From positions 6,271,239 through 6,335,238 of the forward strand of contig OZ316893.1 of the NCBI GenBank assembly GCA_973895155.1: DNA of 64,000 nucleotides, written 5' to 3'. This document shows positions 1 to 12,758 of the stretch, piece by piece. Below the pieces are notes generated by a model. That model was not told where the DNA came from. It ran no database searches and saw nothing but the letters and a program-made list of their open reading frames with translations. A program made the position numbers and the translations under genes. The DNA is from Marsupella aquatica (lineage: Eukaryota > Plantae > Marchantiophyta). Each line of letters starts with the position of its first letter. Positions within the stretch are counted from its first letter, which is position 1.

Positions 1-3000
1 GTTGTTTGAGCTGAAAATGGTTTGGTGTGATCTCTAACATTCAAGCTACCTTGTTGTCGCTCACCTTGCATTCTTGCACCCTCGTCAAAAAGCTGGAATG
101 GTCAGTTTACAGAAAGCAAGCTAGGCAGGAGAACATCCTAGCCTTCACCAAGTATGAATTTTTCTGGACCTTTAGATTTGACCACCCATACACTCACCTT
201 CCTGCTCAAACTGCCCTTACTACCACTACTGACACCTACCTCCAATGAAATAATCCCCATTGTTCATAGATTGACTCATTATTTCTGAGTTAATTTGAGT
301 TTTAAGCCCAATTATGTGGACATTTACTTAATTTCTGGTCTACAGTTACAAATGTTATCATAGTTAAGGTTAACCTTAGTTGCAGACTTAGACTAGTTAG
401 GTTAAACATGTTGTACTCTCCGAATTATTGTTACCAAACCAGGTTACATCATTTTCTTTTGGTAACAACATCTCGGGTTTCATTGCTACAAACCCAGGTA
501 TCATTGTTTGCTTGGTAACAACCAACCCTAGATGTTGTTCCCAAGCCACTTGAGAAATAGGGACAACTTACTAGTAAGAGTCTCAAATGAAAAACCCCAA
601 ATTTAGACGACCAAGAACAAACTGTCAAAATAGAGCTTTGAAATGTTTAGACTGATTACTTGCAACTCACTCTTTCGTCACACGGGCTAAGAAAACAATG
701 ATTGGGTACTTGATTGGCCAGGTCTGAATAAAGAAATCCCATCAGGACAAAAGTACCTTACAACCCCAACCTTCAGAAGCATTGTCAGCAAATGGATAAA
801 CCCGTACCCAGCACAACAGTAGTTTCTATTTCCAAATTCCAATGACAGGGTTGAGTATGTAATCACCAAGCCCTAAAGACCTTGTGGTCTCACTCATGGG
901 ACCAATTTTGTGATCAAATACCCTTGTCAAATTCCAAATATAGGAAAGTACTTAAGGCTACCTTGATGGACCACAAATATGGATTCACTATTTGACCAGG
1001 CGGACTTGATGGACCACAAATATGGATCCAGTATTTGACCAGGCCTTAGTACAGTCAGCCGTAAAAAATCCAAAAAAATGCAATGACTCAGCAGTTATCG
1101 TCGTTGGGTCCTGGTATCCATCTTTAGTCGGATAGTATGCTTCACACCACCAGCACCAAGCATAGTTTTTTCAATTCTGTTTCAGATTGAGAAGACTTAA
1201 TAAACATTTATATGCAATAAGGAGTCACAACTTCAAAAATTACTCGCTCATCACGTTATTGGTTTAGAGCCTTGGGAAAGCTACTTATTTTGAAGTTTCT
1301 AAACGAACACAAAAAGTCCTATAGACTCTTATTACGGGGGTGCCTTCAAATACTGAGCCCTGTCAGCTTCAACCGCTAATAACTTCTGCATCACAACAAT
1401 CTTGGTTAAATACTCGGAGTGCAGTAAGGATTTTTGGCTCCAAGTAGAACACTCCCCAAAATGTGCAAAGGGTCTGCCGAAATTCCAGACCATATAAGGG
1501 CATAAGAGCAAACCCCCCAAGAAACCACTGCCATGTGATTTGTTGATGGCTAGAATCCCTTCCCGATGATTTCCTCTGCCCGCCCTGTAGGATTTATTTC
1601 CTTGGGAAGGATGCTGTGACACTTAAAACGTCAATCACTATCCCCTCAGCAAAACCTGGTCGATCCAGGGTTACCATAATTAGGCAAAATTTTGCTTAAC
1701 AACTTGAAGAAGTGAACTAACGGGTACTCCCACAACTTAGGGGACAGTTTAATGGAATTTTGAGTAATCTTCAAGACCTCCACTCCAAGAAGAACCATAA
1801 CACAAAAGGTTCAAACCCTGGAGTCTTGTTTACTTTGAGCTGAATCAACAAACTGACTTATTGAGGAACCTATTAGCCAGGGCGGGTCAAATGTACCACC
1901 CAACGGACATACAAGCATTTACTTCCAGGTTTATTTTTTTGTAGTTTTCAAGCAGGATGTCTCAGAAACTACCTCAGCAATGAATCAATTAATGAAGACC
2001 CACCTTAGCTAATTAAAACACAATCAAAACACCCTTCAACTGAGCCAGTTTTCGCTCAATTCCCAGGAGATATGAGACACTTATACAAGCCTGCAACTCA
2101 CTTCCGTCGAAGGTGTTTTTTCGCGTCTGATTGTAGATTATGGTGACTTTATAGGTGTTCTCATAAAGTCCAGTAGTTCCCAGAATTTTATTTTTCTTAC
2201 CCATAGGTTTTTGTGATGGCAGCAGCTGCTAGGACGGGCCCTCATTCATGTATTTGAATCCTATAACAAGGAATTATGAACTTTGATTCATGTCCCAAAG
2301 AGCAGCAGGACGCCTCGGGGAAGTACTTCCCAACTGTGTACCACTGTCTGTGGTCTCACAACTCCATTATGCGATGATCGAGGTGGGTGATGTGTTCAAT
2401 ATGGACAGGGTGTGAGGAGTGGGGGGCCCGACTGCTTCAGAGCTTCCGTTTTCTCCGCAAAAGGCCGTGAGCACTGTGCTTCTACTCGCATTATCGACGT
2501 TTCTTGGCAGCTCCCATTGTCCTGTCGATCTAGAAGGAAGGAAGGTCGGCACGAAGCTGCCGGAGCATGCATGGTTAATGGCTTTGTGCCTTTATGCGAG
2601 GCTGTGTTGGTCAGGAGCCACAGATTGGTCCACTGGTGCCAAAGTCACTCGCTTTGCACTCTGAATGTCATCATGAACTTTTTGATTGATTCTCGCATTT
2701 TTTAATGGCATTTTATTCCGGTCATCATCGTGTTGGTTTCCATTGGGATCACAGAAATCTCATTAAAGAGCGCCGGTCGTTGGAGATGGAGGCCATTCTA
2801 TATTACTTTCAATTCTGTGGTAGCAGACAGAACACTCTCTCGAGAATTCGAAGCCCAGTGCTACGTTCTGCCCAGCCACGACTCTGGGAGCGAGGCTCAG
2901 TCGACTCCCATGAGCTCCTAATTTGGTCGAGGTCTTGAGTGAGTCTTCCAGTTAGATCCAGTAAGCCGCGGAGGTGTTTACGAATCAGTTTGGAATACCA

Positions 3001-3712
3001 TCTTTGATTATACCGTAGAATTGAAAAGATGAAGATCTGAACGGCAGATTCGATGCTGCACGTAAGTGACGAGAATCGTGACGCGATTGATGATCGCTTC
3101 GTTGCATCCGACAGTCGCTCGAGATTAAAATTGTTCCAGACGTCACAATAGTCTCAGACGTCACAAGAGTAGGACGACATTGGCTAAGCAAGTCAGTTTT
3201 CTTAGACAATTTTGGCTGGCCTTGGTGTAATCCAGAGTCTGGACCGAAGACTGTTCTCTCTCGTGCGGTGATCAGATTTATATTTGCGGTAGTAGACCGA
3301 GGTGGGTGAGCTCTTCTCTAACTTCTGATTTTGCTTTACAGATTGTGTCTTGCAATCAATCACTCAACGTTTTTGTTAGTCTGTGGGCACTCTTGATATA
3401 TCCTACTCTTCTCAAATGTTCAAATGTTGAAGGGTGATTTGAAACGAACTCTTGGGCTACAGTGTCCCATTCTTGTGTGAGATGTATTTTGTTTTGCTTG
3501 GGTACCGAATGTGCAAACTGCGAGTGGCGTCTACATCAATGTCTACACAGCCTATGATCAATTTCATGTCGCAGGGATTTATGGAGTTGGGAATGTCGGC
3601 CACTTTCTAACGAGGACTTGCATCTCTTGGCTTTGCTTATGTTCAGGTGGGAGTGTGTTCCCGGCTTTACAAAGCGTAGTGAGCATTTGTCGTTGGCCGT
3701 CCTTCCCTCGGG

Positions 3713-5812
3713 ATGTCAAAACTTGATACTCTTTTTGGTTACCTGGGAGATTACGAGTCAAATCCCTTTTTGGACCAAGAACTGAATGTGACTCCGTCCT
3801 GGTCAGTTCAAAACGCCTCTGTTAAATTCTCTCTCGGTATGCCTTACAAGGGCAAGTCGCGCCCCAACAAGACGAGCGCTATCCCGCAAGTGCTCCCCTC
3901 GCTACCAGTACCAGTAGACAGCTTCTTGGAATCTCCGCTAGGGAAAGAGTTCAGTTCAAGCTGGCGTGCACCAGAAGAGCAGGGATTTGCATATCCTTGG
4001 TCGATGGGTTTCGGTGACGCAGATCTTTTCGAGCCTTCCGACGAACTATCTGGAAAGTGTCGTCCCCTTGATGGCGACTCTGAGATTGATCAATGCTCCT
4101 CCTCTGAGAATGAGGACCTCGGTGGTCTTACAGGTCTAGCTTGTCCTGGACTCGACGATAGAGCAACAGAGGGTCTCCGTGAAATGTGCTCTGAGGGCAA
4201 TGGCGACGGAGAATGGGAGGGGGTTATAAGACTTGTCCAAGAACTGACCTCGAGGTTCACAGAGCCGAAATGCGCAGCAGGTAACACTGGAATGGAACAT
4301 CCCGAACAGAAGGTGGACCCGAAGAAAATTGACAAATTAGGGGATCAACCGAAGACAGAAAGCGGAGTTCCGCCGGTATCACTCGAAGATGCATGTGCGG
4401 GGCATACTTGTGGAACAAATGCAGTCGAGATTGTACAATCACTTTCAGCCATCCAGAGGAACGTGGAGTACATTAAGGACGCCGTTCCCAAAATAGCTGA
4501 TCGGAAACAAAAATTCACCATGCTCGTGAGAAGGCAATGCGCCGCAGCAGCAGGAGCTATCAAGCTCATCTCTCAGCTGGCGGATGCGGCCGCGGGGATT
4601 ATTCCTGAGATCCAGCGCCAGGTGGGCGCAGTTCAATCCGAAGCCTGCCCCAGTGCAAACGGCACCGACAATAAGAAGCAGGACTTGCCCGTTTCCAGGC
4701 CGAGCCGGGAAGCAGGTGATGGTGAATGTGCTGGAACGGAGAGGTTGAGTCCAACTCCTGCTGCTGTATCCGTGTCGCCTGGAACTGCAGTATTGGTCAA
4801 ACCTGTGTCTCAAGAAGCTAGTGCTGTTGCTGTGGGACGAAATAATCTGGAAGCGACAGGCGCTTCTGAATTCACAGGAAGTGATGAAATGGAGTGTGCT
4901 TCGTCATTAGTTGCAGATCTTTTCGGACCATGCGACCGTATGACAGGGGCAGATGGATTTGTTGCTCCTACCACTAGTACTCCTTTTGAGTGGGGAAACG
5001 ACTTCGAAGAGGCAATTAGTGCTGGCAGTGTTTGTCAGTTGCCATCGGAGGGAAATCCAGATGATGGAGCACCGTCTGGGGTATCAGACGAGGATCGGTA
5101 TCCAGGAAGTTCATCCGGAGCTGCTGCACACGACGAATCCGATGAAGGGGATACTAAGGGCGGTGATCAACTTCCCCTCGGTTCATTCACTTTGATGGAG
5201 ATAGATGACTTGGAAATCCTTACGGAACAAACCCACTATTGCAACATTTGTTCGAAGGGATTTAAGCGTGACGCCAATCTGCGAATGCACATGAGGAGCC
5301 ATGGAGGCAAATACAAATCTTCAACAGCGTTGGTTAGGGCAGAAAGGGCACCTAAAGTGGTCCAAGAAATGGTTGGGGGGAAGCCCACTCGTTACTCGTG
5401 CCCATACGTTGGCTGCAATCGAAACATGAGGCACCCCAAGTTCCAGGCTTTGAAGACCATGCTCTGCTTAAAGAATCATTACAGAAGGAGTCATTGTGCA
5501 AAGACACTGAAATGCAGCATTTGTAAAAGCAAGCAATTCTCTGTGGTGGCGGATCTGAAGACCCATGAAAAACATTGCGGCAGTGACAAGTGGGCGTGCT
5601 CATGCGGTACAACCTTCTCCAGGAAGGAGAAGCTCTATGGCCATGTGAGTCTGTTCGTTGGCCACGTCCCTGTGGATGCCTCGGGGCCAGCTCATGCTGC
5701 GGCCCCGGGAACTGGCAGCTGTGCTGCAACACCGTTGCAAGTGCAGCTGAGCAGTCAAAATGCCAGCATACCGGCACAAAATGACGCCGTGGATCTTTGG
5801 CCAGACTGGTAG
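3713..5812 (+). CDS. STOP1: STOP1-like C2H2 zinc-finger transcription factor (699 aa, intronless ORF)
   Basis: C-terminal four-finger block typical of STOP1: HYCNICSKGFKRDANLRMHMRSHG, YSCPYVGCNRN..HPKFQALKTMLCLKNHYRRSHC, CSICKSKQFSVVADLKTHEKHCG, WACSCGTTFSRKEKLYGHVSLFVGH. It is preceded by the EIDDLEIL motif. Confidence 0.9.
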   Translation: MSKLDTLFGYLGDYESNPFLDQELNVTPSWSVQNASVKFSLGMPYKGKSRPNKTSAIPQVLPSLPVPVDSFLESPLGKEFSSSWRAPEEQGFAYPWSMGFGDADLFEPSDELSGKCRPLDGDSEIDQCSSSENEDLGGLTGLACPGLDDRATEGLREMCSEGNGDGEWEGVIRLVQELTSRFTEPKCAAGNTGMEHPEQKVDPKKIDKLGDQPKTESGVPPVSLEDACAGHTCGTNAVEIVQSLSAIQRNVEYIKDAVPKIADRKQKFTMLVRRQCAAAAGAIKLISQLADAAAGIIPEIQRQVGAVQSEACPSANGTDNKKQDLPVSRPSREAGDGECAGTERLSPTPAAVSVSPGTAVLVKPVSQEASAVAVGRNNLEATGASEFTGSDEMECASSLVADLFGPCDRMTGADGFVAPTTSTPFEWGNDFEEAISAGSVCQLPSEGNPDDGAPSGVSDEDRYPGSSSGAAAHDESDEGDTKGGDQLPLGSFTLMEIDDLEILTEQTHYCNICSKGFKRDANLRMHMRSHGGKYKSSTALVRAERAPKVVQEMVGGKPTRYSCPYVGCNRNMRHPKFQALKTMLCLKNHYRRSHCAKTLKCSICKSKQFSVVADLKTHEKHCGSDKWACSCGTTFSRKEKLYGHVSLFVGHVPVDASGPAHAAAPGTGSCAATPLQVQLSSQNASIPAQNDAVDLWPDW

Positions 5813-6939
5813 GATCAATATCAAAACGGAATACTTGTGATTTGATCAGTTAGCCGCGGTACACAATACGCTGCAATTCTCCCGAGCGCAAACCTTCCTT
5901 AGAGCCTTCCTTGAACAGATTGAGCCACGGAACAAATTCATGATACTGTACAATCCTGTCAATTAGGTTCGCACATCGATGGGGTACGTTCTTTTTCGGG
6001 GATTTGGAGTTAACTGGACGGCTTCACTCTGAATTCTCAGACCTTGAGTTCGGTCTTTCCGCAACAAAGGGTGAAGGGATTCCAAACTAGCTTACTCGGC
6101 CCTCGACGCCGCCACTCTAGCAGTTTTGCACAACATATTCTTTCGGGCCACTGTAAAATACCACGAGAAAACGCTTAATGCGTGAAAAACTTGTTTTCCT
6201 GACAAGTCTTAGTCATTTTTTGTGCCTGCTACTGATGAAACGCCTCCTCTTATCAGGCAAGGTAGTCTTCCCAGACTGATGTTTCATCGGTACGTAAGCA
6301 TGTGTTCTATGAAAAACACCAGTCTGTACAGAAATTCCATTATAATTTAGTGCGAAAATTTCCTTCCTGTCTGTTATTACCCAGTCTCTCGTCTTCTTGT
6401 GATATGGATTAGTTCTAAATATGAAATGATGAGGTGACTGGATGTTCGAATGGATAAAACGTTCGGATGCTGGAAAGAGTGAACCACCTTACTGAATGTG
6501 GCCTGCAGCTTGACTACTCTTTTGTACGGCTCTCCCCTTGATGATCGACATCCCTTAAACTATCGATATTTCTTTGTCTATTCTCTTCCATTGTCTCAGA
6601 TGGGTTGTATGCTGCTGTTCAACGACAGAATGATTCTGGTCTCAAGGAGACTGATGATATTTGTGTACAGCTTCTTGACTTGACACTGTTACTCATTCGG
6701 ATGAAAGGGATTGACGTAGCGGCTACGGTACTGCGAATTTAACTTTTGCGTTGACCAGGTGAAAACTTTGATTGTGGTTTTCCTTATAAAATTGAGCAAC
6801 AATACTTATTGTTGTCTATTATTTAATTTCTTCTACCAGGTGCGAAGATATAGCCTTGATTGACCAGTAGGTTTGCCAAAATGCCCCGGTTGGATTTTGC
6901 AACCCGCCAATGTGCAATATAAGTTACACGGTCACATAG

Positions 6940-7008
6940 AATACTCTTTAATTAGTACATTCTATGATAGACATATTCTCTTTAATTAGTACATTCTATG
7001 ATAGACAT
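6940..7008. repeat. Tandem duplication of a ~34-bp unit
   Basis: CTCTTTAATTAGTACATTCTATGATAGACAT occurs twice in tandem, about 85 bp left of the Harbinger left end. Confidence 0.8.
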
Positions 7009-7566
7009 AGACTGTTTTGACCATGCACTTTAGTCAAAGTATTTCATTGACATTACAGTTAGTGCCTGCTCAAGTTTGGGCCATCTATAGTAGAGCGTCT
7101 CAAATATGGCAAATATCTCGACCGAACGGGCCGCCCGCGAAGCTATTGCGTGCCCCGAAAGTGGGTATACCCGGGCCCATATTTGCTGGGGTAGTTAACA
7201 TTGAGTCGTGTCGCAGCCCTGTAAAGTGAAGTGGTTTCCTGCTAACCATGGTTAACCTGAGTACAATCTCTCCTCTCATGTCGGAACCTCGCCAATTCCC
7301 CCTGGATTTTTTCAAACGCGCCGTAATATGTTGGGAGGTCAGTGAGTGCTTTGCTCGATTCTTTCAACATTTCAAATCGGAATTCCCTCGCTCAATGTCG
7401 CCAGGGGTCCATCACAATTTCGGAGGCCAGAGTAGCAATACTAAACATGGACATCTTACAGGGCATTTCACATATGAACAATCAGGTTCAGGATCCAAAT
7501 CGTCCTCGGTGCTCACCTGCTCAAGTTGTCATCCTTGATTCCTAGCTTCCCGAATCCGACACTGAA

Positions 7567-7731
7567 ATGGTATCGCAAGCTGCAGGTCTGGGCCTAGCCG
7601 GAGATAACAGGAAGTTCTTGCCACAACACCTTGCCGTAATCATCGATTGGTTGGAGGTTCCTGAGAACTTTGCTATGCTCAATGGCACTAGTAGTCGCCC
7701 ATTTGTCACTAGTAAGCATCCTCCCAAGAAG
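7567..7731 (+). pseudogene. Harbinger Myb/SANT-like DNA-binding protein, 5' part (split by the Sola-like insertion)
   Basis: MVSQAAG..IIDWLEVPENFAMLNG..HPPKK. Removing 7732-28411 gives cct ccc aag aag act gtt ttt aag aag atg (PPKK|TVFKKM), in frame with ORF 28364-28837. Confidence 0.75.
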
Positions 7732-8658
7732 AACACAGTGACGGACCAAACGAGAAGTATGACCAACAAACGAGAAGTGTGTTTTCGATTTCGCGAAAAA
7801 CGGCGAAAAATCACTAAAATTAAGATCAAAAATGCTATTTTGAGGATGAATCCAAAATCGCATCCAACATCGGATTTCAAATCGAGATACTGTCGACACA
7901 AAAACAAAGAATTGTTACAATCCAGAATTCCGATACACTTTATCTAAAAAAAAGGACAAATTCCAAAACCTAGAAAAACAATGCTTTTCACGTGATCCTC
8001 TAAAAGCTAAATCCGAGAGTCAAACAAAATGAAGAAAACACAAGATTTCATTTTCGCCTTCAAAATGGCAAACTGAAAATGGGATACGGCGTATCCCATT
8101 TTGGATTCAACTGTTGAACGTGGACAAAAACCACACCAAATCATTCTCTTGACGCTTCCATTTAACCTCGGGTTAAAAATATTTGAATTTTTAACTGTGG
8201 TAAACCGGAAAACTGTGAAAAACTAACCGCGGACTACAGTCGACCCACACAGTTAGTTAAGTTAACCCGACGACATGTTCAGAAATTTTTTAGCCCATAA
8301 CGCATGATGAATACAAGACGGGATCCAAGTATCCACTCTCGTATTCAACCTCAATGTTTTCCACCTGCAACTTTGCATCAGGAGATCTTTCGACATGAAT
8401 ACCAACTGAGATCCATGGATCCCATTTTTTTCGCAAGTCCAAAAAATCATCGGGAAAATAGGAGGATGAATATCAGATGGGATCCATGGATCCCATCTAG
8501 TATTCAACCTCTACATTTTGAAGTTTTTGCATCGCATACCTTCATATTCCAGTTTGAAGACCAACTCGGATCCATGGCGACTTCCTCAAAAATCGACAAT
8601 TTAAATTTCAGCAGTCCTGGAAAAGACAGACTCTCACTTGAAAAAACCCTTGTACGGA

Positions 8659-8704
8659 CCAATCAGGGAATGCCACGTGTACAATGCCCCCGAAAACTAT
8701 AAAA
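8659..8704 (+). promoter_or_regulatory. Putative transposase promoter (CCAAT, G-box, TATA)
   Basis: CCAAT at 8659, CACGTG at 8674 and TATAAAA at 8698, upstream of the ATG at 8861. Confidence 0.45.
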
Positions 8705-8860
8705 GGAAGAGCTCGCATTTGTTTTTCATCTTCATTTCTCGCGATTACTTTGAGGTTCGTTCACTATTGAGTAGTTATTTTCATAGAATATTTACTGTAA
8801 TCTGAAGTATCTCTGTTGGATAGGAATACGTACTCCTATACAACCCTTGTTTGATTATCT

Positions 8861-11800
8861 ATGGTGTCTTCAAGTGATGAGTCAATTTACAGTTCAGATG
8901 CATCTTCGCTAGATGTTGTTCGAAAATTTATTCCATCTCGTTTGATGAATGAATTACCAGCCTCACAGAGAGTAGTGCCAGAGATTTCATTTTCCTCGGA
9001 ATCTGAGAAATCAGAGTCCGATTCAGAGTCTTGTAGGAGTGTTGTGGGTGCTCCGATTTCATACTATGTCTCTCCAAGTAAACCTCTTAAACAACGTCTA
9101 CTTGTAAAGAAGCCTAATGTAGTTCCTACGACAGAGACACCTGGTTCTCTGCGAACCCCGACAGATCTTTGAAGACGAAGACCCCGGTTTTTAATGCCAA
9201 GAACAACGTTACCATGTAGGCCCGCCCGATGATCTCCGTTGGTTTTTCCAATGTCTCATTCTCCGGGAGTGAAGATAGCTGTGTCCAGTGTTCAATCACA
9301 GCTTGAGCGAATGAGGAGTTCGAATGTGCCGGAATTGCAGGGAGGGGCAGCCTCGAAGCCAAATTTGGTGGGTCGAATACCAAGTGGGATCCCTACTCGA
9401 ATTTGGCTTCCCTACTCGAATGTTGAGAAACGGTGAACGTGAATTGCCTATTTCGTCTCCTTCAGTACCAGATTCCATGGGTCAAATACGAAGTGGGATC
9501 CATGGATCCCACTTAGTATTCCCTCGTGGTATTTTGCAGAATCCTGTGCTCGAGTCACCGGTCTTGCGGACTTCCAACCCGAGTTCCGATGATGGAATGC
9601 GAAATGGGATACGTGGATCCCAGTTTGTATTGCGCAACGGAAAATTGCCAAGTCATGACGCAGAACAGCAAGTGGGAAAGTTTTCACTTCGAAGTCCCGA
9701 AGGACGAATACGAGTTGGGATCCATGGATCCCAATCGGTATTCCCATCGGTTATTTCACCGAATGGTCAAACTAACAACATGGGGCTTCGAAGCCCTTTG
9801 GCGAGGATGCAGTGTGAGGTTTTTGGATCTTCCATTGGACGGCAAGTGCAGAACGAAAGAGGGAAGAGATCTAGTGTCCAGAAAATCCCTCGAAGATTGT
9901 TGCGAAGTGAGCTGCCGGAGAGAGGGCCCAAAAATTCAAGGGTACATGCTAAATTGAAACTTGTCCAAAGATTATTTAATGGTCAAGATGAGCCCTCAAG
10001 TCGAGAAGAATCACCTAGGCTGGGATTACAGTCTCAGAGACAAGTGGGCGGTACTGTGACTGAAGATGTGAATATCATTAGAAGATTTCAAACTAGAAAT
10101 CTCCAAACACCTATTACATTTTCTAAAGACTCTGAAGAGAGATCAGAGGCGGCTGCAAATGACAGAGAGACTGCTATAATCTCAAATGTTGTTGAAGAGA
10201 TCCTGGGATGTGAGATTTTTCATGAAACAGTTACAGAAAATGTGGAGAGTGGAAACAACTCTACAGAAGATCTTTTTGTTTTGAATTCTAATTCACTAGA
10301 AAATAGTGGGGGGGTAAGTTCTCCCGACACTATTCAGGATAGAGTAGAGGTGACAAGACCCAGCAAAAAAATCAGAGATCAGATGATTAGAAAAGATAGA
10401 CTTACCATTGCAAATCTAAAAAAACACAAAATTAAAGATATTTTTAAGTATCCCTGTTGTGACAAGTTTTGCTTGAGGTCTCTGGGTCTAGAGGAATGCT
10501 CAAAACAACACAAGTATTATTTTGGTCTTAAACAGTCACTTGCAGAAAAATATTTTGCTACGAGGTTGTATCATGAACAGTAGTAGTACTTCTCGTGGAT
10601 ATAGTGTAAATGGACAACCTATATGTAGAGGAGGATTCAAGAAACTATATTCTTTAGGTAATAATAGATTGGCAACAATCCATGCAAACATGTTTACAAG
10701 GATTGAATGAGATACCTTTTGTAAGGAAGCATCACCTTCATTTCTAAACCTGGTGGAATGGTTGAAAGATTTTTTCCAAAAAAATATGGATAGTCTTCCC
10801 CATAAAGAGATTCATCACTTGCCAGACAATTGGACAAAGCAAGAGATACATGGAATCTTTGAAGCTGAAACAATGTTGCGAGAAGAACAACAAGTTACAT
10901 ATTCTTATTTTTTGCGTGTTTGGAAAAAAAAGTTTCCAAATGTACGAATTCCTAAAAGGAGTCGATTTTCTACTTGTGGTCCTTGTACTGAATTCAAGGC
11001 TCTTCGGGACAAAGCAACAACTGAAGAGGATAAAAGTAAGTTCCACTAACTATAACCTTCAACTTTAATTTGATGACATATACTTCAATATTTGTCAAAG
11101 GTTATCCTTAGTTATTGATTTTTAATTCATTGCTATTGTATCATTTCAGGAAAGTACATCAAGACCCTTATGGAGCATCGAAAAGTATAATCATTGGAAA
11201 GGATGAAGTTAGCCAAGCATCGTAAAAAATGTTATGATGAACCCAACAAGTATTTGGGTATTTGTATAGATGGTATGGATTAAAAGAAAACAGAGCTACC
11301 ACAGTTTCTTCGTTGTCCGAATAACATGGATGAAAAATATTTCATTCCAATACATGTTGTAGGTTGTCTCATCTTCAACAGGAACCTTGCAACAAAAGTA
11401 TTTTTGACATATCCCAATATCCATAATGATGCAAACTTGACCATACATGGTATTCAAAATGTATTGAATACATGGGATGGGACATTACCAAGAGTGTTAT
11501 ATCTTCAATTAGATAATACCACTAGGGAAAACAAGAATAAATTCTTGATGACTTATCTTCACATGTTAGTAGATTTGAAGATTTTTGACAAGATTAAAGT
11601 CGGTTTCTTGTTGGTCGGTCATACACATGACCAGATAGATCAGATGTTTAGTAAATTTTCATCTAGGTTAAACAAGCACAAAGCATTTCGCTTGGAGACT
11701 CTTGAGGATATTATTCGACGAGCATATTCACCTGAAGCTTTGATCATATTTGTGAATGAAGTAGCCGATTTTCAAAAATTTGTCAATGAAACCGACCAGC

Positions 11801-12747
11801 CAAATGAGAAGGGAGTCTCAGGTAGAGTCTTGAGAGATCTCAATCTCATAACTTTTCAAAGACAATTCAGATTCAAACGAGTCATGGAGGATGGAAACGA
11901 AGAGACAACATTTCACGAGAAACATCTTTCCACGACCCAGGATTGGGGAGATGCAGTGACGTTTGTCAATTACATTCCAACTTCAAGAATGTGGGTTGCT
12001 GCACAAATATCACTGAAGTCAGCAAAAGGTGTTGAGAGGGATGATGTCCATGATTCTTCCAATACAGATGGTGCGTTAACTACTATGGTGAAATATGAAA
12101 AAGCTATTCAAGAAGGTTTCAATTACTTTGACAATGAAGACAAACTTTGGTGGATGAGTTTTTTTTAGAAACAAAAAGATATTATCAAAAACCACCTAGA
12201 GGAAGGTGAGTGGTTATTTGAGTGGGTTTGGCCACAACAAAATCAAGGTGCAACACTTCGAAGGGTGAGAAATGAACTTGTTGAAGAAGGTGTTGATCCA
12301 ACTTTGGTTGACAAAGTTGCTGGACCACAGAGAATTATGTACTCCGGACCTCGACGAAAGCAAGCTGAATTTGGAGATTTCAGAGATATGGAAGTTAACA
12401 ATAAGTGGTCCATGATATGTGTAGCGACACACAAGGATCCAGAAGGTAAGTTGTTTTGGATGGCAAAGGTGTCAAAGATTTTGACAAGAACTACAGACAT
12501 TCCTGAGAGAATCAAAATCACATGGTACACAACTGAGGCAAGTGTTGAGTCTACTATTGATGGGAAATATTTTCCAGAGAAAGATAATATATCTAATTGA
12601 CTTCTCCAAGATGAACTAGTTTTATCATCAACAGTGGTGTATGCATACAACTTTGCGCTTTTAAGTACTAATCAAATAGCAGCAAAAACTAAAAAGATTA
12701 TAGAGTCTACTATATTAGAGCGAGGTTCTTCACCTTCAGAGGATTGA
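8861..12747 (+). pseudogene. Sola-like DDD transposase, disrupted by stops and frameshifts
   Basis: Motifs in order: CCDKFC, ICRGGFKKLY, WLKDFF..DSLP, FLRVWKKKFPNVRIPKRSRFSTCGPC, ICIDGMD*KKT, LYLQLDNTTRENKN, FLLVGHTHDQIDQMFS. There is a C-terminal FWMAKV..ITWY domain. The Ser-rich N-terminal region and exon structure are uncertain. Confidence 0.8.
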
Positions 12748-12758
12748 GATTGATGTCC

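Noticed and set aside
1-2360. Possible retroelement remnants upstream of STOP1, including a short direct repeat near 962-1042
   Set aside because: No termini, TSD or recognisable protein motif could be pinned down.
7734-7740. CACAGTG at the left end equals the RAG RSS heptamer / Transib terminus
   Set aside because: The terminus defined by the GAAG TSD is AACACAGTG, the other end reads CAAAGTG, the TSD is 4 bp rather than 5, no nonamer lies at 12 or 23 spacing, and the transposase is not RAG1/Transib-like.
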